Shown here piece by piece: positions 26,601 to 40,200 of a stretch of DNA of 64,000 nucleotides. The stretch covers positions 8,673,408 to 8,737,407 of the forward strand of contig OZ037771.1 in the NCBI GenBank assembly GCA_964035545.1, read 5' to 3'. Origin of the DNA: Bugula neritina. Its lineage: Eukaryota > Animalia > Bryozoa. The notes beneath the pieces are model-generated. The model was not told where the DNA came from. It saw only the letters and a program-made list of their open reading frames with translations, and did not search any database. The stretch's first letter is position 1, and every line of letters starts with the position of its first letter. The position numbers were made by a program, and so were the translations under genes.

Positions 26601-29476
26601 TCTCTGGTGAGCCCCTCGAATATTTGGATTGGAAAGTAGCATTTGAAGGTCTCATTGAGAGTGGTAGTTACAATCCCCTCCAAAAGATAGCTCTTTTTCA
26701 ATAATATTTAAGTGGTAAAGCCAAACGGATGGCAGCAAATTTGTTCCAAATTGACACTGAAGAAGCATTTAAAGAAGCATAACGCAAGCTAAATGATACA
26801 TTTGAAAAACCCCGCATACTCACTGAGGCATACCGGACCCATTTAGAACAGTGGCCCCTTATTAAAGAACACGACGGGGAGGCTCTGGACAAACTGGTCA
26901 ATTTTTTAGAATTTTGCCAAACCGCCATGAACAAGCTTCCCGAACTCAACTGCCTTAATGATCAAAGAGAAAACGAGAAGATTCTTGCAAAATTACCAAT
27001 ATCGGTAGGCAATCGTTGGGTCAAAATGGCAATTGAAATAGAATCAGCAACAGACCGGTTTCCATCAATATTTGATTTTGTTTGGTTCTTGTCTAAAAAG
27101 GCTGGATGTAGCAAGAAACAGTCTAAACAAAGCCATAGCCAAAAGAGTCGTGTCAATTAGAAACCATGATAACAGCCATAAGCGGAATTAACCTACTCGC
27201 AAGCCTGATAAGCAGACAGCAACATTTCTTGCCTCAGAAAATCAAGTCACACCAGCTAACATACCACATGGCCTCTCAAAACCTAAGTGTGGGTATCCAT
27301 GCCTGATGTGTAACATGGACAACCATGGCATTGGCATCTGTTTCAACCGTGAAAAATTACCTCATTCAGACATAGAGACATTCTTTGACAATAATAACCT
27401 TTGTTATTCTTGTGCAAAGCCGGGACACAAAATAGATAAATCTCGCCACCCTGCGATATGCACTAAAAAGGACTGTGAACAAAAACATCTTGCTGTGTTC
27501 CACAAGTACTACAATAGAGGCAGTGAAAATAAGACCTTTCAACCAAATAAACAATCCAATAACAAACAAATTTGTGGCAGAAAAAATAAGCCCTCCACTC
27601 AAAACTCAACTTCCAATACAGGTATGGTGAATAAAAAACCTTTTAACTAAACAAACACAATAATCCAAACTCAAATCAAAGCAACGAAAATAAGCCAACA
27701 CCAGCCACTGCATGTAACTGCGCCGAAAATAAGACAGCATACCTCGCCTCATGGACCATTCCAATGTATGTATCATCAATAGAAAATCCCGACCATGAAG
27801 TCCTAATATATGCTCTACTAAACTCTGGTTCTAACCACACATTCATTACTCATGACACTATTCATACACTCAATGCTACTACTCATGATATCAGGTACCA
27901 GGGCGCAATGCCCCAGTTTTTTCATCACAAAAATTTCGTTATTTTAAGGGTTGTGTAAGAGATAGAAACAACAAAGTGATACCTATAATAGACAATAAAG
28001 AATGACTTACATGCCCACAGATAAGTCTTGTTATACGCGTAGGTCATGTTGAAGTTGTTTGGCCATGATATATACATGTGGGAAAGCTTGTTGGGAATTC
28101 TGAAATTTTCATCTGACAGCTGGTCTTTTAATATACTTTTTAAAACAGGTTTAACAATTGCCAACCACACTCCTACAACATGATGGGTCAACTTTTGCTA
28201 TGAGAATAATTTTCATCATTTTGAAGAAAAGAATTAATAATCTAGATAAGTAACATGTTGCACATCTATTGAGTAATATAATTATGTTGTATATCAATTA
28301 GATATTATATTATTATATGTCATATGTTAAAAGCTACAATCAAGTTGTTTTTAGATGCAGATATCGTAAGCAGAGGAACAGTTGAACCAGTATATATAAC
28401 ATATATATAACATACATACCAGTTGGAAACTCTGGGAAAATAAGATTTGGAACACCCAGCTCATCAGATTCTCTCCAACACCATTCACAAAATACGTTTC
28501 TATAGAGGTATGCATCAGAGGACTGATTCTGGTAATTATAAACTGGTCCAAACTCGCACAGCCGTCTAATCTCTTCATTGCCATAAGTTTGTGGACATTT
28601 GTTAATATAGTGACTACAGTCTGCTCTGTGGACATCAATTTCTGTAGCAACATGCTTCACCCAACAGTCTCTATATCAAATAAACCAGTTATGTTAACGG
28701 CACCAATCAGGGACTAGATATCATATCAGCAGCACCAATTAGGGTTTAAGTACAAAACTTGTCTTCATTAAAAACAATAATTGATTTCACAGTGCCGTGT
28801 TGTTAATAATGTAAAAAAATGTAAAATATGCAGAACTTCATCTTACTTAAAAAGTTACTAAGTTTGATTTTGATTTCAAGTTTGTAAAATATTGTTGCTG
28901 TGCCAAGACTTAGGACCTAGATCTCAGCATAGCCTGCGCTTTACAATATTTTATACTATGCTGAAAACTAATTAGAAAACTTATGATAGTCACAAAAATG
29001 CATTTCTAACCCCATTAGCATAAAATTATTCTATATAAATGGTATATTATACTTGCACATCTTACGTATGTTTCTATAATATGTGTAATGTATAATATAT
29101 GTGTAATAGAATAAATTAGGCAGAGAACATAACTGTTCGTATGAAGAGAGATAAGAGAAGTTTTTTAGTGCTAGTAAAGTGGTATTTATTGTATTATGTG
29201 TAGATGCTTCTGCCAAGAGCTCACAGTTGTAGAATGAACTAAAACTGAGAGCATGTCTCTCTATATAGTGCAAAAACATTTGTTCCAGAAAGTTCAGCAG
29301 ACATTAGGTCCTGGTCCTGGTTTCTAATCGAAAGTCAATAAACTATTCACTACTCTAAGAGCTTAACTATAATTACAATATTTAAGGCATTCAGAAAGCT
29401 ACCCCAAGAGTTAATTATAATAATGATAACAACAACAACAACAACAACAACAGCAGCAGCAACAGCAACAACAAAC

Positions 29477-29507
<31 letters not shown>

Positions 29508-31229
29508 CGCAAATAGTTACTAGAACTTTTCAGAACACCTTATTCAACTTCAAAACACTTTATGTGATAAAAACTTTCAAGAGCCATTACACTATGTGTG
29601 TAACTTGACATATAATATGTAATGTCTGTCAAATGTCACTATAAAAGACAGGAAAGTTGTCAACTTCTATTAATAAATTGTAATTAAAAGTTCTAACTTT
29701 AAATAATATTTAGAGGACTTGCTCCGTACTTGCAGTTACTGATCAGCTAGGAACAAGCCAAAAATACGGAGGTAGGTGCAGTAAAATTTATTGAGAATAA
29801 ATATTTAAGGCTATTGGGAAGGTAAAATATGTTCAAAAGATAGTTTCAGACCTGTACAATTTATCATATCAAAGGAGTTGTGCCCCCAACTATGTTGGAA
29901 TCCTCAGAGCTTATATAACAATGAGCTCCACAATAAAAGCTCACCTTTGTCTCAGCAAGTTTTGCAACATAAGAACGTCAAATTTATTGTTCTCTATTTC
30001 TTGAATAGTCTCGTTGGTGCAGTAAATCTGTGTGGTCCAAAACTCTATGGCAAGCAGAGGGTCAAATGGAAGCATAGGACCACCAAAATTTGGGTTTAAT
30101 GCTCCATTACATATTGCACAGTACATGTTACTGTAGGTAATACCAGTGAATGTTCCAGTCACAGGCCACTGCTCTATAATGGCTTTCTTTGGTGAACAAC
30201 CTAAAATATAACATTATTCAGGCTACATTAGCTTTGAATCAAACTATTTAGAGAAGAATACTGCATTAATAACAAATGGGTCTGATCTCTATATTTAATA
30301 TTAATTATAATGTGTGATTCATTCAGTAGCATACATAACCATTATCATATGACACTAAAACAATAAGTGTCATCAAAGATAAAGAAGCAAAATTATACTC
30401 AGGCACCACAAATATAAAACCCCTCAAAAAGGCATAAGCAACGTAAGGGAAGGAACATGCGCAACTAAATTCAATACAGTGATGTGATGGGTTTAGGTTG
30501 GCAGTGGTTGGAAAATACCAAAATCGTTTGCAACAGCAGTAGCTTTGCAGTTTGCGTAGAAAGTTTATGCCCCAAATGGCAAGATAACAAGAGACATCTG
30601 TAATATATTTCATGTTATACAAGATTATTATATATTATATTGTTAATACCTACTGCATATTCAATACCATATATCTATGATCTAATGAACAAAAGAGTTA
30701 GTTAGGTCTACAGCATTAATGAGCATAAAACACTGAAGTTAAAAACTCTTTTCTTTAGCCTATACTATAGCCATTATAGCACTGCAGTGTTATCTGCCAA
30801 AACGATAAGGAGACAACAAAGAGGATTACATTGGATTAGTAGGCTAAAACTTTGTCACCAAACTCACTCTAGCAGAAGAGTTGAACAGTCTGACATACAT
30901 AAATATTCTAGTAGCTAGGTTGATTTTATGGAGACCCAAGGTCACACTCTTCAAGAAAAATATAGTGTTTAGATTTAATAAATGAGTGTGGCTTTCTGAT
31001 AGCTAAAGTTTCCTCCAAGTGTGAAGCTGCTGTACATCATCTGCAAATCAGATTAAACCCCTGTGAATAGTTATTCAACTTGTTGGCCTACTTCAGTCTA
31101 TATTATATTAAAACGCTTTGGGCAGGTTCTTTGTTAAATAGTATTTAGATTTTAGAGGATAGGAATGTGAGCCCCTTGTGCTTTGGTGCCTCTGGAGAAA
31201 ACTATTATGTGGCAGATTGTGTTGTGAGA

Positions 31230-31277
<48 letters not shown>

Positions 31278-34200
31278 TTGCAAGTCTGTTTCAGGTACAC
31301 TTGTGGTCTGAGGTTCCTCTTGTAAATGCTAGTATATTGAATTTGATAGTAAATTAGAAGAAAAGCAGAATGTCTGATCAGAATAAAATTATAGTACTGA
31401 AAACTACTTTACCTTCTGACTGAGTAGCACATGTACAGAGTTGAGCTAGCTTGTCATCTGTACCAACTGGACATCTGTTCACTACATATCCTGCATTAGA
31501 ATCAGTAATATTTTGATGCTGCTTAGACAGGTATAGGATTCTAATGCATGAATTAAACAGTTAGTCATATACTCATAATACAACACCATGCAAATGTCAA
31601 ATTTTCGGAGGTCTCCAAGACAGAAGCACCGAGAGAAAGTAACTCCCACAAACACAACCTGACAACAGAATATCTATAGCTAAAGTTGTTTTTGTTTACC
31701 AATCTGTCAAAATGTTTATAATATTATAGACTTTTCAAGGAATTCTGCTTCGCTATAATCTGCCAAACATGAAAGGAGAGGGTGCATTTAGGAGATTTTA
31801 AAAAGTACTAAATGTCCAACTGTTGCACACATACATTTCACGAAGTTTCACTCACATTTTGTAGTAATTCTAATCTGCACAGAGCAAAATTTGGTTCAAC
31901 TTTTATTAATTTATTTTGCCACTATATGCTTAAAATTGTATATATTATAACTGTGTAACATCATAAGCTTAATTAGCTGTGTTCAAGATACTCTATTAGA
32001 AGGAGAGTTTCTAAACTTTAAGAATAAATCTGGTTGTTAAAACCCTGGCTGTCACATAAATATAAACAATATTATACTAGTTTCCTTACAAGTATCTGGC
32101 AAGTTGAAATAAAACCTAAAACCAAGTAAACTATATACCTGTTTGGAAATATCTAATAAATTGGTGAGGTGTTGAGTGCTCACCATGTAACCTAATGCTG
32201 TTTCAAAATCTCCCTGGTTTCTTTCATAAGAACCATAGTTTATACACTGAGTCTGCAGACCCTAGCTGGTGGTGCAGTAATAGAGAAATTAAGAAAAGCT
32301 TGTGTGGTGTAAAATATAGCGACATAAGTTAAGACCTCAAACCAAAACTCATATATATAAGAAAACTGAAGACTTTAAACCAGGGCTGTCCAACAGGCGG
32401 CCCGCGGGCCGGATCCGGCCCTCCAGCTATATTTGTGTGGCCCCCCAAGGTATAGCAAGTTACAAATTTTTGTTTATCAAATTTGCTAACTAGCCTGTAA
32501 CAGCAGCACATGGGATAGTTGAGAGCATCCCACTAAGAATTTCTATTAAAATGTAGTTCAAGTTCTTCTACAATATTGTTCTGTGGGTGGCATGCGTGTT
32601 GCCTACTTGTCATCGTTTAGCCTGAGATTAAACTACAACTAATAACAGCAAGCTAGTCATTATAGTCTGTTAGCTAGCAAGCCTGTGACTTATAGTAATG
32701 TAGACGCCTATATTATATTCTCAACTCTACGTGTTCACTGAAGTGTGAAGGGATGCACAGTGCTTACTACTTAAAAAGAAATATACCATTTCCAGTATAT
32801 AAATCCATAACTTATATAAAATCTAAAAGTCATTGCTTTTTTTCAGATATCATGTTTTCCTGCTAAGATATTTTACTGGTGCTAAAAATAAACTTTTGAG
32901 GCAAAATTAACCAAAACTGTGCAGTTTTTTTTCTATAGCTTTGCAAAAGAATGAAAAAACTCCAAAAATGTTGCACTGAAAAAAAAAGATTCACAACATA
33001 GTTTTTAAATTTTAATTCTAGTAGCCTACAATTAAATGAGATTATTTTTACTGGTACTGAATTTGTACACAGTTACAATGCAAACCTCAGCAAGGCAGTT
33101 GCAGCTAAAAAATTACCTGTAACTATCCTGTGCAGACAGATATTTTAAAGACATTTAATCAGGACTGGCCATATAGAGACAAGACTTTTTTGAAAGTATA
33201 ACTAAGATATCATTTTTATTGATTGTAATGTGAAAGATAAGTAGTTGAAGAATCTCTGACACACTTCACTTATGCAGTACTAAAGTATTATTGTGTATTT
33301 GTTCGTTTTCATTTACACTCTGTTTTAAGGTTAGATGCCTAAACAATTTTGTTTTTGTTACCTGCAAGTGCAAATTAATACGAGAGTCAGACTCAAAAAC
33401 AAATAACGGAGACTAGCAGTAACTTATAATAATGATTATAATAATAATTATAATAATAATACGAATAATAATATATGAGTATATCGACAGCCCCAAGCTG
33501 TCACCGTGACCTCCAAACCACCCCTTAGTCACCCCAATCTCCACCCGTGATCTGCCCAGCAAATCACCGTATTCGCCCAGAATACAATGACTAGAAACTT
33601 GAATTTGCTAAACTCTCTAATAGATATAAACGTTCTCAGTCGAACACTGTCACACGATTCATTGAGGCTTTTGTTTCGCAGCGCAGCACAAGGAGAAATC
33701 CTTGACCCCTGCTGTGTACCTAAGCACTCTATCTTGCTACGCCGCTAACGGCATCGGCATACTTACAGCCCACATCTCCCCTAGCTTCTTACAAAGCTAC
33801 TAGGGAAACGCCACGACCTCTGGCCAATCAACATAATCAGCCAAGTACGCAGGTCGCCGCCGCACACGTTGCGGCCGTCCATGATGGAGCAGCGGCACAT
33901 CTGCATTCTCGCTCTCCTCAGCATCAACTCCAACCTGTTCGGTGGGGCGTTCTGGACACCTTACATCATTCACATCGGCATCGGGTTGGGCTGGGTCTTC
34001 CCGAACAGCATACTGACCCGCATTGGCCTCCTCGCCATGCTCCTCGCTCAACACTAACGGTAGATCCCCTGGAGGCCCAGCATAGCGTATATGCTGATCA
34101 TCAACACGAGCAGAGAGGCCACCCTGATGGCGCCTTCCACCGTGCTGAGCAAGCTCTCCACCATGGCGACGCTTTCGCACGTCTCTGACATGCCGTGGTA

Positions 34201-37200
34201 CCCCATTCACACACACTGTGTGTCTTGATACAACCCCGGTGACCTTACCGAGTGCCCACTGCCTGGTGCACGAGGGTGTTGGTGGCTTCAGCCAGACTTC
34301 ATCGCCAATGGCGAAGTTACAGTCACCACAAACGCCAGCTTCTGGGGCATTAATATCAAATGGTACCCGCCAAGGGTATCGAAAGAGTACGTTAGAAGGC
34401 ACCGAACCTTCATCTGCGTCCTTCCTGGGTGTCACATTATACCAGAATGTGGCTTCTTCGGGAGAAATCCCCCCTCTCTCCGCAATCCTTTTGATTGTCC
34501 GGTGGTTTCTCTCTACAATCCCGTTGCCGCTCGGGGCGTAAGCGGCTCTGAATCGAAGAGATATTCCCCACTCGTCAGCAAACTCCTCAACAGATGCTGA
34601 CCTGAATGCCATGGAGTTGTCCAAGAGCAACTCTTCACATGGCCCTCGCTCAACCACAACGCTGCGCAATTGAGCAACAATTTTCTCTGCAGACTCACTC
34701 TGAAGGCGTCGCCAGATGGCCAGTCGCGACGGACCACAGTCGACCATCGACAGAAACAGTCTGCCATCGTAGTGGGTTACATCAATCGCAACTCTCTGCC
34801 AATTTCCTTCTACTGACAAGCTTCCTGTCGGGACAATGTTCTCAGACCTTAAGGCAGGGTCGACCCTCTGGCATGTCTCACACCCAGCCAACTCACGCTT
34901 CACTTGCTCTCTGGACAGATCTCTACGAATTTGTCGAGCAAGGTAAAGCGTCCGATCAACGCCTAAATGATGAGGCAGGTGCGCCGCCCAAATGGCATCT
35001 TCCACACTTTCCCCTGTTGAAAGTGCTGCAGTCACCTGCATGTCGGTGCTGCCAAGTCCACGGCTCCCAAGCCACTGCTTAGCCACCCTAGTCATGCAAT
35101 CAGCTTTGTTTTCTGCCGTCGGCACAAAACGAACTGATATTTCAAGGTCGAACTCGGTGATCGTGTCTCGGATTACACCCAAACGACGCTTTGTGAGCAT
35201 CTCTGCAGCACTCTTTGTTCTTACGCGACTACGAGCGTCAACAGTGTTACCCATCCAGTTGACGACCGTGAGCGAGTCGATTGCTAGCGTGAAGGTTTTA
35301 AACCCCCACGTGACCGCCAGGTTGATTCCTCTAGCCACAGCCTCCAACTCGGCAACATTGATATGGGAATGATCGGACTCCTTCCGTAGCCATGACGCAT
35401 CCTCTACAACATTGCCATCTACCTCCAGGACCATGCCTATCCCTATGGAGCTAGCATCTGTCCACACTGTAACAGATCCCCCTGGATTCACTCGCCAGCA
35501 CCCCCGCACAGGGTCCTCTCGCTTAGCTCTGTTCAGCAACTCTGCAGCCAGATTGCTGACAGCATCTCCAACAGGAGCATCCCAACCCCCACCACATCCT
35601 AATCGTTTGAGGAAGCTGCAGTGCATACGGAGCCATCCAGCCACCGGATAGTGACCGACCAACCGACCACAAAGGGAGAAGAGGCCACGCTTTGTGAGGC
35701 TTTTTAGCTTCAAGTGGATCTCTGAGAGGGCTGTTGCCCTCATCATTCGTAGTTCTCCGCGACTGTCGCTTTTAAGGGCAATTCCCAACAGTCGACCTCC
35801 ATCAAGACTTTCCGGCTCTTTAGTCTCGAACCCATACTTGGCTAGATGCTTTCGTACTTCCTCAGCACCGACAACAGACTCCTGCAACACTATGTCATCA
35901 ATGTAGTGGTCCGTTGCCCGACGAACCCGGTCGTCCATCGACAGTACTTTACCAAGAATCGAAGTCATAATTCTGGGAGCGCACGACAGTCCAAAACCGA
36001 GCCGAGTCAGGGCGTAGTGCACCCCCTTATGTCTAACGACCTGGTACTTCCACAGATCTTTGGCTATGTGAATCTGAAGATAGGCTGACTTCAGATCCAC
36101 AACTCGGAGGTTACCCTTCAACTGTCTCCACTTTCTAATCTTTTCACTACACACCGCAACCTTGTCATCGCCAGTGTGAGATTCCACGTAGTTGTTCAGC
36201 TCACGGTAGTCCATGACCGGCCGCACCTTGTCCTTAGTTGGCTGGAACACTGCAAGCAAAGGGATAACCCCTTCAACTGGGCCCTCCCATCGCTTTAACC
36301 AACCCTTGGAGATCCAGCTCTCCAGCTCTGCGCAGTAGCGTTCATGAATCTGAGGCGCCTGAGTACACCTGTACTCTGACACACGAGTTTGGAGCTTTGA
36401 TGGAGACTCCCCGGTCCACCGCCAACTGACGGTCCATCGACCATTGTCGAAATTGGCCACGAAATCGGGATCCTCCACTTGCAGCGACCCCAAGTCACTG
36501 CTACGATTATCATTGACAGCTGTCGTAGCCCCACAGGCCAGGCCTGGGCTGGCAACTTTCTGACGAGGAAAGTCACAGCAGCCAGCTGAACTCTGCTTCC
36601 CCCAGACAACTGAGTATCGCGAGTCAGAGCCTCTCCTGACAGTCACACCTCCCATATGGTCGATGGCATCACCACCAATGAGGCAATCAACGCCAAGGTT
36701 CCCCAACTCGCTCATGACAGGAGCCGAGACACTGAAGCAGTGTCCCTGCAGTCCAACGGTAACTCGGCAAGTGCCCTCCACGTGAGAGGCACTGCCATCA
36801 GCCGTTAATAACGGCCGGCCTGCTTTGAGCCGTTTCCCACCAACCACCCGCGGACTTACCAGAGTCCGCTCGCTTCCAGTGTCGACAAGACACGAGAAAC
36901 AACGGCCGTTCAGCACTGCCTGAATGACGGGCATACGGCTACTTGTGGTAGTCCTACTAATTGCCCCAGATAGCGCCAAGCTATCCCGCGGTACGCATGC
37001 ACCGCTCAGAACCTCGCTCATCGATAAAGAGCAAGGCCCTCGGCGGTTAACGCCTAAACTGTGGTATCCATGTTGGAGGATGCGGCGCCCCGAGTTGCAT
37101 CCTCCGCCTGAAAACCCGGCTGGTTACCTTCCAGCCCTGCAGCTACTGCAGGCGGTTTCGGGCAGTCCCGAACCCAGTGGTCGATGCCTCCGCACCGGAA

Positions 37201-40200
37201 GCATCCAGCTCTCTTCCCAGAAGAGTTTCTCACGGGCCGCTTGTTGAAAGAAGCCCGCCTGCTCTCGGTGCAATCCTTTACCCGGTGTGCACCGCCACAC
37301 CGATAGCAGGAACTGGCACCTGACTGCTGCTGCGCTCTTCCAGAAGCAGCAGCGACTTCCCCCGACTGTTGCCCAGATCTAGAACGGCGTGCAACAGCCC
37401 TGCGCGAGACCACTCTTTCTCGCACACGTGCCAAAACTGACCCAAAGTCGGCCTTGTAGGCACTTTCGAGGGTTACTGCCCACTCGTAGACAGAGGCCGG
37501 CAAGCCTTCATAAAACTGAGCTCGAAAACTCAGATCATTGCAGGTCATGCCGACTCGCCCACCGAACCGCTCCAAGCGGTCCAGGTACACGTCAATCGTG
37601 TCCCCGTCTTCCATGCGGCAGGTAATGAACCTACGCCATGCTTCCTGCATAGGCATGGCGTACTCGGCCACCAAGGCCGCTTTTACTACATCCCATTGGG
37701 ATGCTTCGGCCACACGCATCCTGCTATAGACACGAGCAGCATTGCCACCCAACATGTAGATGAGGATTTCCGTTGGGGCAATCTGTTCTACCTCGCAGAG
37801 TCCCTCAAACTCCCTGATCCACGCAGTGACATCTACACTGCCATCGCCAGTAAACTGGGGCGTGGCCTGTCGAATTCTCGACAGAATCGGGCCCTTTGCC
37901 TGATTGAGGATGCTAGCCAAAACCCTCGCATCCAACAGAACTGGAGCTGCAAGCCCAGTTCCCGCAGATGATGGCCCGCCAAGGTCGGAAGCGCCACCAA
38001 CTGCCGAACTCTCCCCAGGAGAGTCCTCGCCTTCAATTTTCTCTCCTTCCCGTGACATTCCGTTCTCCACAGTCAACAAGTATGAGTAATAAACTATTTG
38101 ACTGAGAACCAGAATGCACAAGCTTACTAACTACGTTTAAGTAGTAGTAAGAAACAGCAGTAATATTATGATTATATCACGTTGTTACTAACCATAAAGT
38201 AATAATAGTAATAATAGTAATAATAGCAATAATAATGATAATGCTGCCGAAATAGCTTGTTACCTGCAAGTGCAAATTAATACGAGAGTCAGACTCAAAA
38301 ACAAATAACGGAGACTAGCAGTAACTTATAATAATGATTATAATAATAATTATAATAATAATACGAATAATAATATATGAGTATATCGACAGCCCCAAGC
38401 TGTCACCGTGACCTCCAAACCACCCCTTAGTCACCCCAATCTCCACCCGTGATCTGCCCAGCAAATCACCGTATTCGCCCAGAATACAATGACTAGAAAC
38501 TTGAATTTGCTAAACTCTCTAATAGATATAAACGTTCTCAGTCGAACACTGTCACACGATTCATTGAGGCTTTTGTTTCGCAGCGCAGCACGAGGAGAAA
38601 TCCTTGACCCCTGCTGTGTACCTAAGCACTCTATCTTGCTACGCCGCTAACGGCATCGGCATACTTACAGCCCACAGTTTTATAATGAATTTTGTGCGAG
38701 TATGTACTGAGATGATTTGCGATTTGTAATCGCCTTGACCTTTGACCTTTAACTGCTTGTTAGATGCTGCACAGCATTATCACTGAGACAGCTTGAAGGT
38801 TTGAACTTTCAACTTTCAGTCAAATGAAATACACAAAAAATAGATACTGCATTTCACTCACTAATCAGCACTTAGTCCAGCAACTAAGGGTTGCATATTC
38901 TGATACGAAACTAGATATTAACAGAGTTGTTCAAGGCAAACAGTACTCATTGTGTACTCACAAGTGTTTCACTGATGGTTGTAAACTATAACTATACTGG
39001 TATGAGTACAGACTCTTAGCATTGGCGCATCTTGTTTAAATTTGCATGAGCAATCATGAATATATACTTTGTATGTGTATATGTATAATTTTTTATGGAC
39101 AAACATAATTATTGATTATTAAAGTAATAAAAATGAAATGTTTCTTGTTTACCTATTTTAATTAAATGCATATATACGCACATACACACACATAAGTAAT
39201 ATATATATATATATCTATTTAAATATGTTATGATTTTAATAAACATGCAAAGCCTAGCCATCGCTTATAATTATAATACATATAGCCTGCAGATGTTTAA
39301 TGAATCTTGAAAATTGATTTTAAAAACAACAAAAAAATTTGTGGCCCTCGGCCCAAGCTGAAACTTGCAGACTGGCCCTCGGTCTGAAAAGGTTGGACAC
39401 CCCTGCTTTAAACCATTGAACATTCTCGATTACTTTGTTTAAATGAGAGGTTGTGCTACTAGACCCTTTTCAGAGGTCCCCGATGTTTTCTTTGCAGTTA
39501 AGAGTTGCGTCCTCTCAAAGCACTTCAGCATTTCTCAGCAACCAAAACCACAAAAATCCGTTCAAGTTTATTTCGAGAGGACACAAATCTTAATTGTAAG
39601 GGAGATCTTGGGGACCTTCGAAAAGGGTGTATTGCTCAAGATTTGGAATATTGGAAACAATGGATGCAGAGCTGGGGGTTGACATTATGCTTTCAAGTCT
39701 AAGTGATTGTATTAACCAATTATTGAATCAATTCAGGAAGGTTAATAGAGATGTTGTCATGTATGGCTTGATATTACTGCATATCACCTGCCAGCTATAA
39801 TTCAATACCAGTATATAACCTCCTAGCTAACTCTATACTAGTATATAGCCTACCAGCTAATACTACTAGTATATAACCTACCAGCTGATACTACTAGTAT
39901 ATAACCTACCAGCTAATTCCATACTAGCATATAACCTGCCAGCTAATACTACTAGTATATAACCTACCAGCTAGTTCCATACTAGTATATAGCCTACCAG
40001 CTAATTCCATACTAGTATATAACCTACCAGCTGATACTACTAGTATATAACCTCCTAGCTAATTCCATACTAGCATATAACCTGCCAGCTAATACTACTA
40101 GTATATAACCTACCAGCTAGTTCCATACTAGTATATAGCCTACCAGCTAATTCCATACTAGTATATAACCTACCAGCTGATACTACTAGTATATAACCTC

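Larger units (their letters stand above)
15767..29113. repeat. Segmental duplication, copy 1 (paralogous to 45609-64000)
   Basis: Colinear, near-identical sequence across the Gypsy gag/LTR, exons 4-10 and introns; indels at the BEL element and the 3' tail. Confidence 0.95.
33356..38676 (-). mobile_element. Intact, very recent Ty3/Gypsy LTR retrotransposon (5321 bp)
   Basis: 419-bp LTRs 33356-33774 and 38258-38676 (one mismatch seen), TG..CA ends, 5-bp TSD GTTTT, PPT AGGGGAGA next to the 3' LTR, open gag and pol. Confidence 0.97.
32381..39405. mobile_element. Non-autonomous hAT (Charlie/SPIN-like) DNA transposon, ~1.7 kb net, split by a Gypsy insertion
   Basis: TIRs CAGGGCTGTCCAAC / GTTGGACACCCCTG, perfect 8-bp TSD CTTTAAAC, subterminal ggccc motifs. 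Empty site at ~2143-2160 in gene A. Confidence 0.92.

Noticed and set aside
33869-38089. Many plus-strand ORFs over the intact Gypsy
   Set aside because: Short antisense shadows of GC-rich gag/pol; no motifs.
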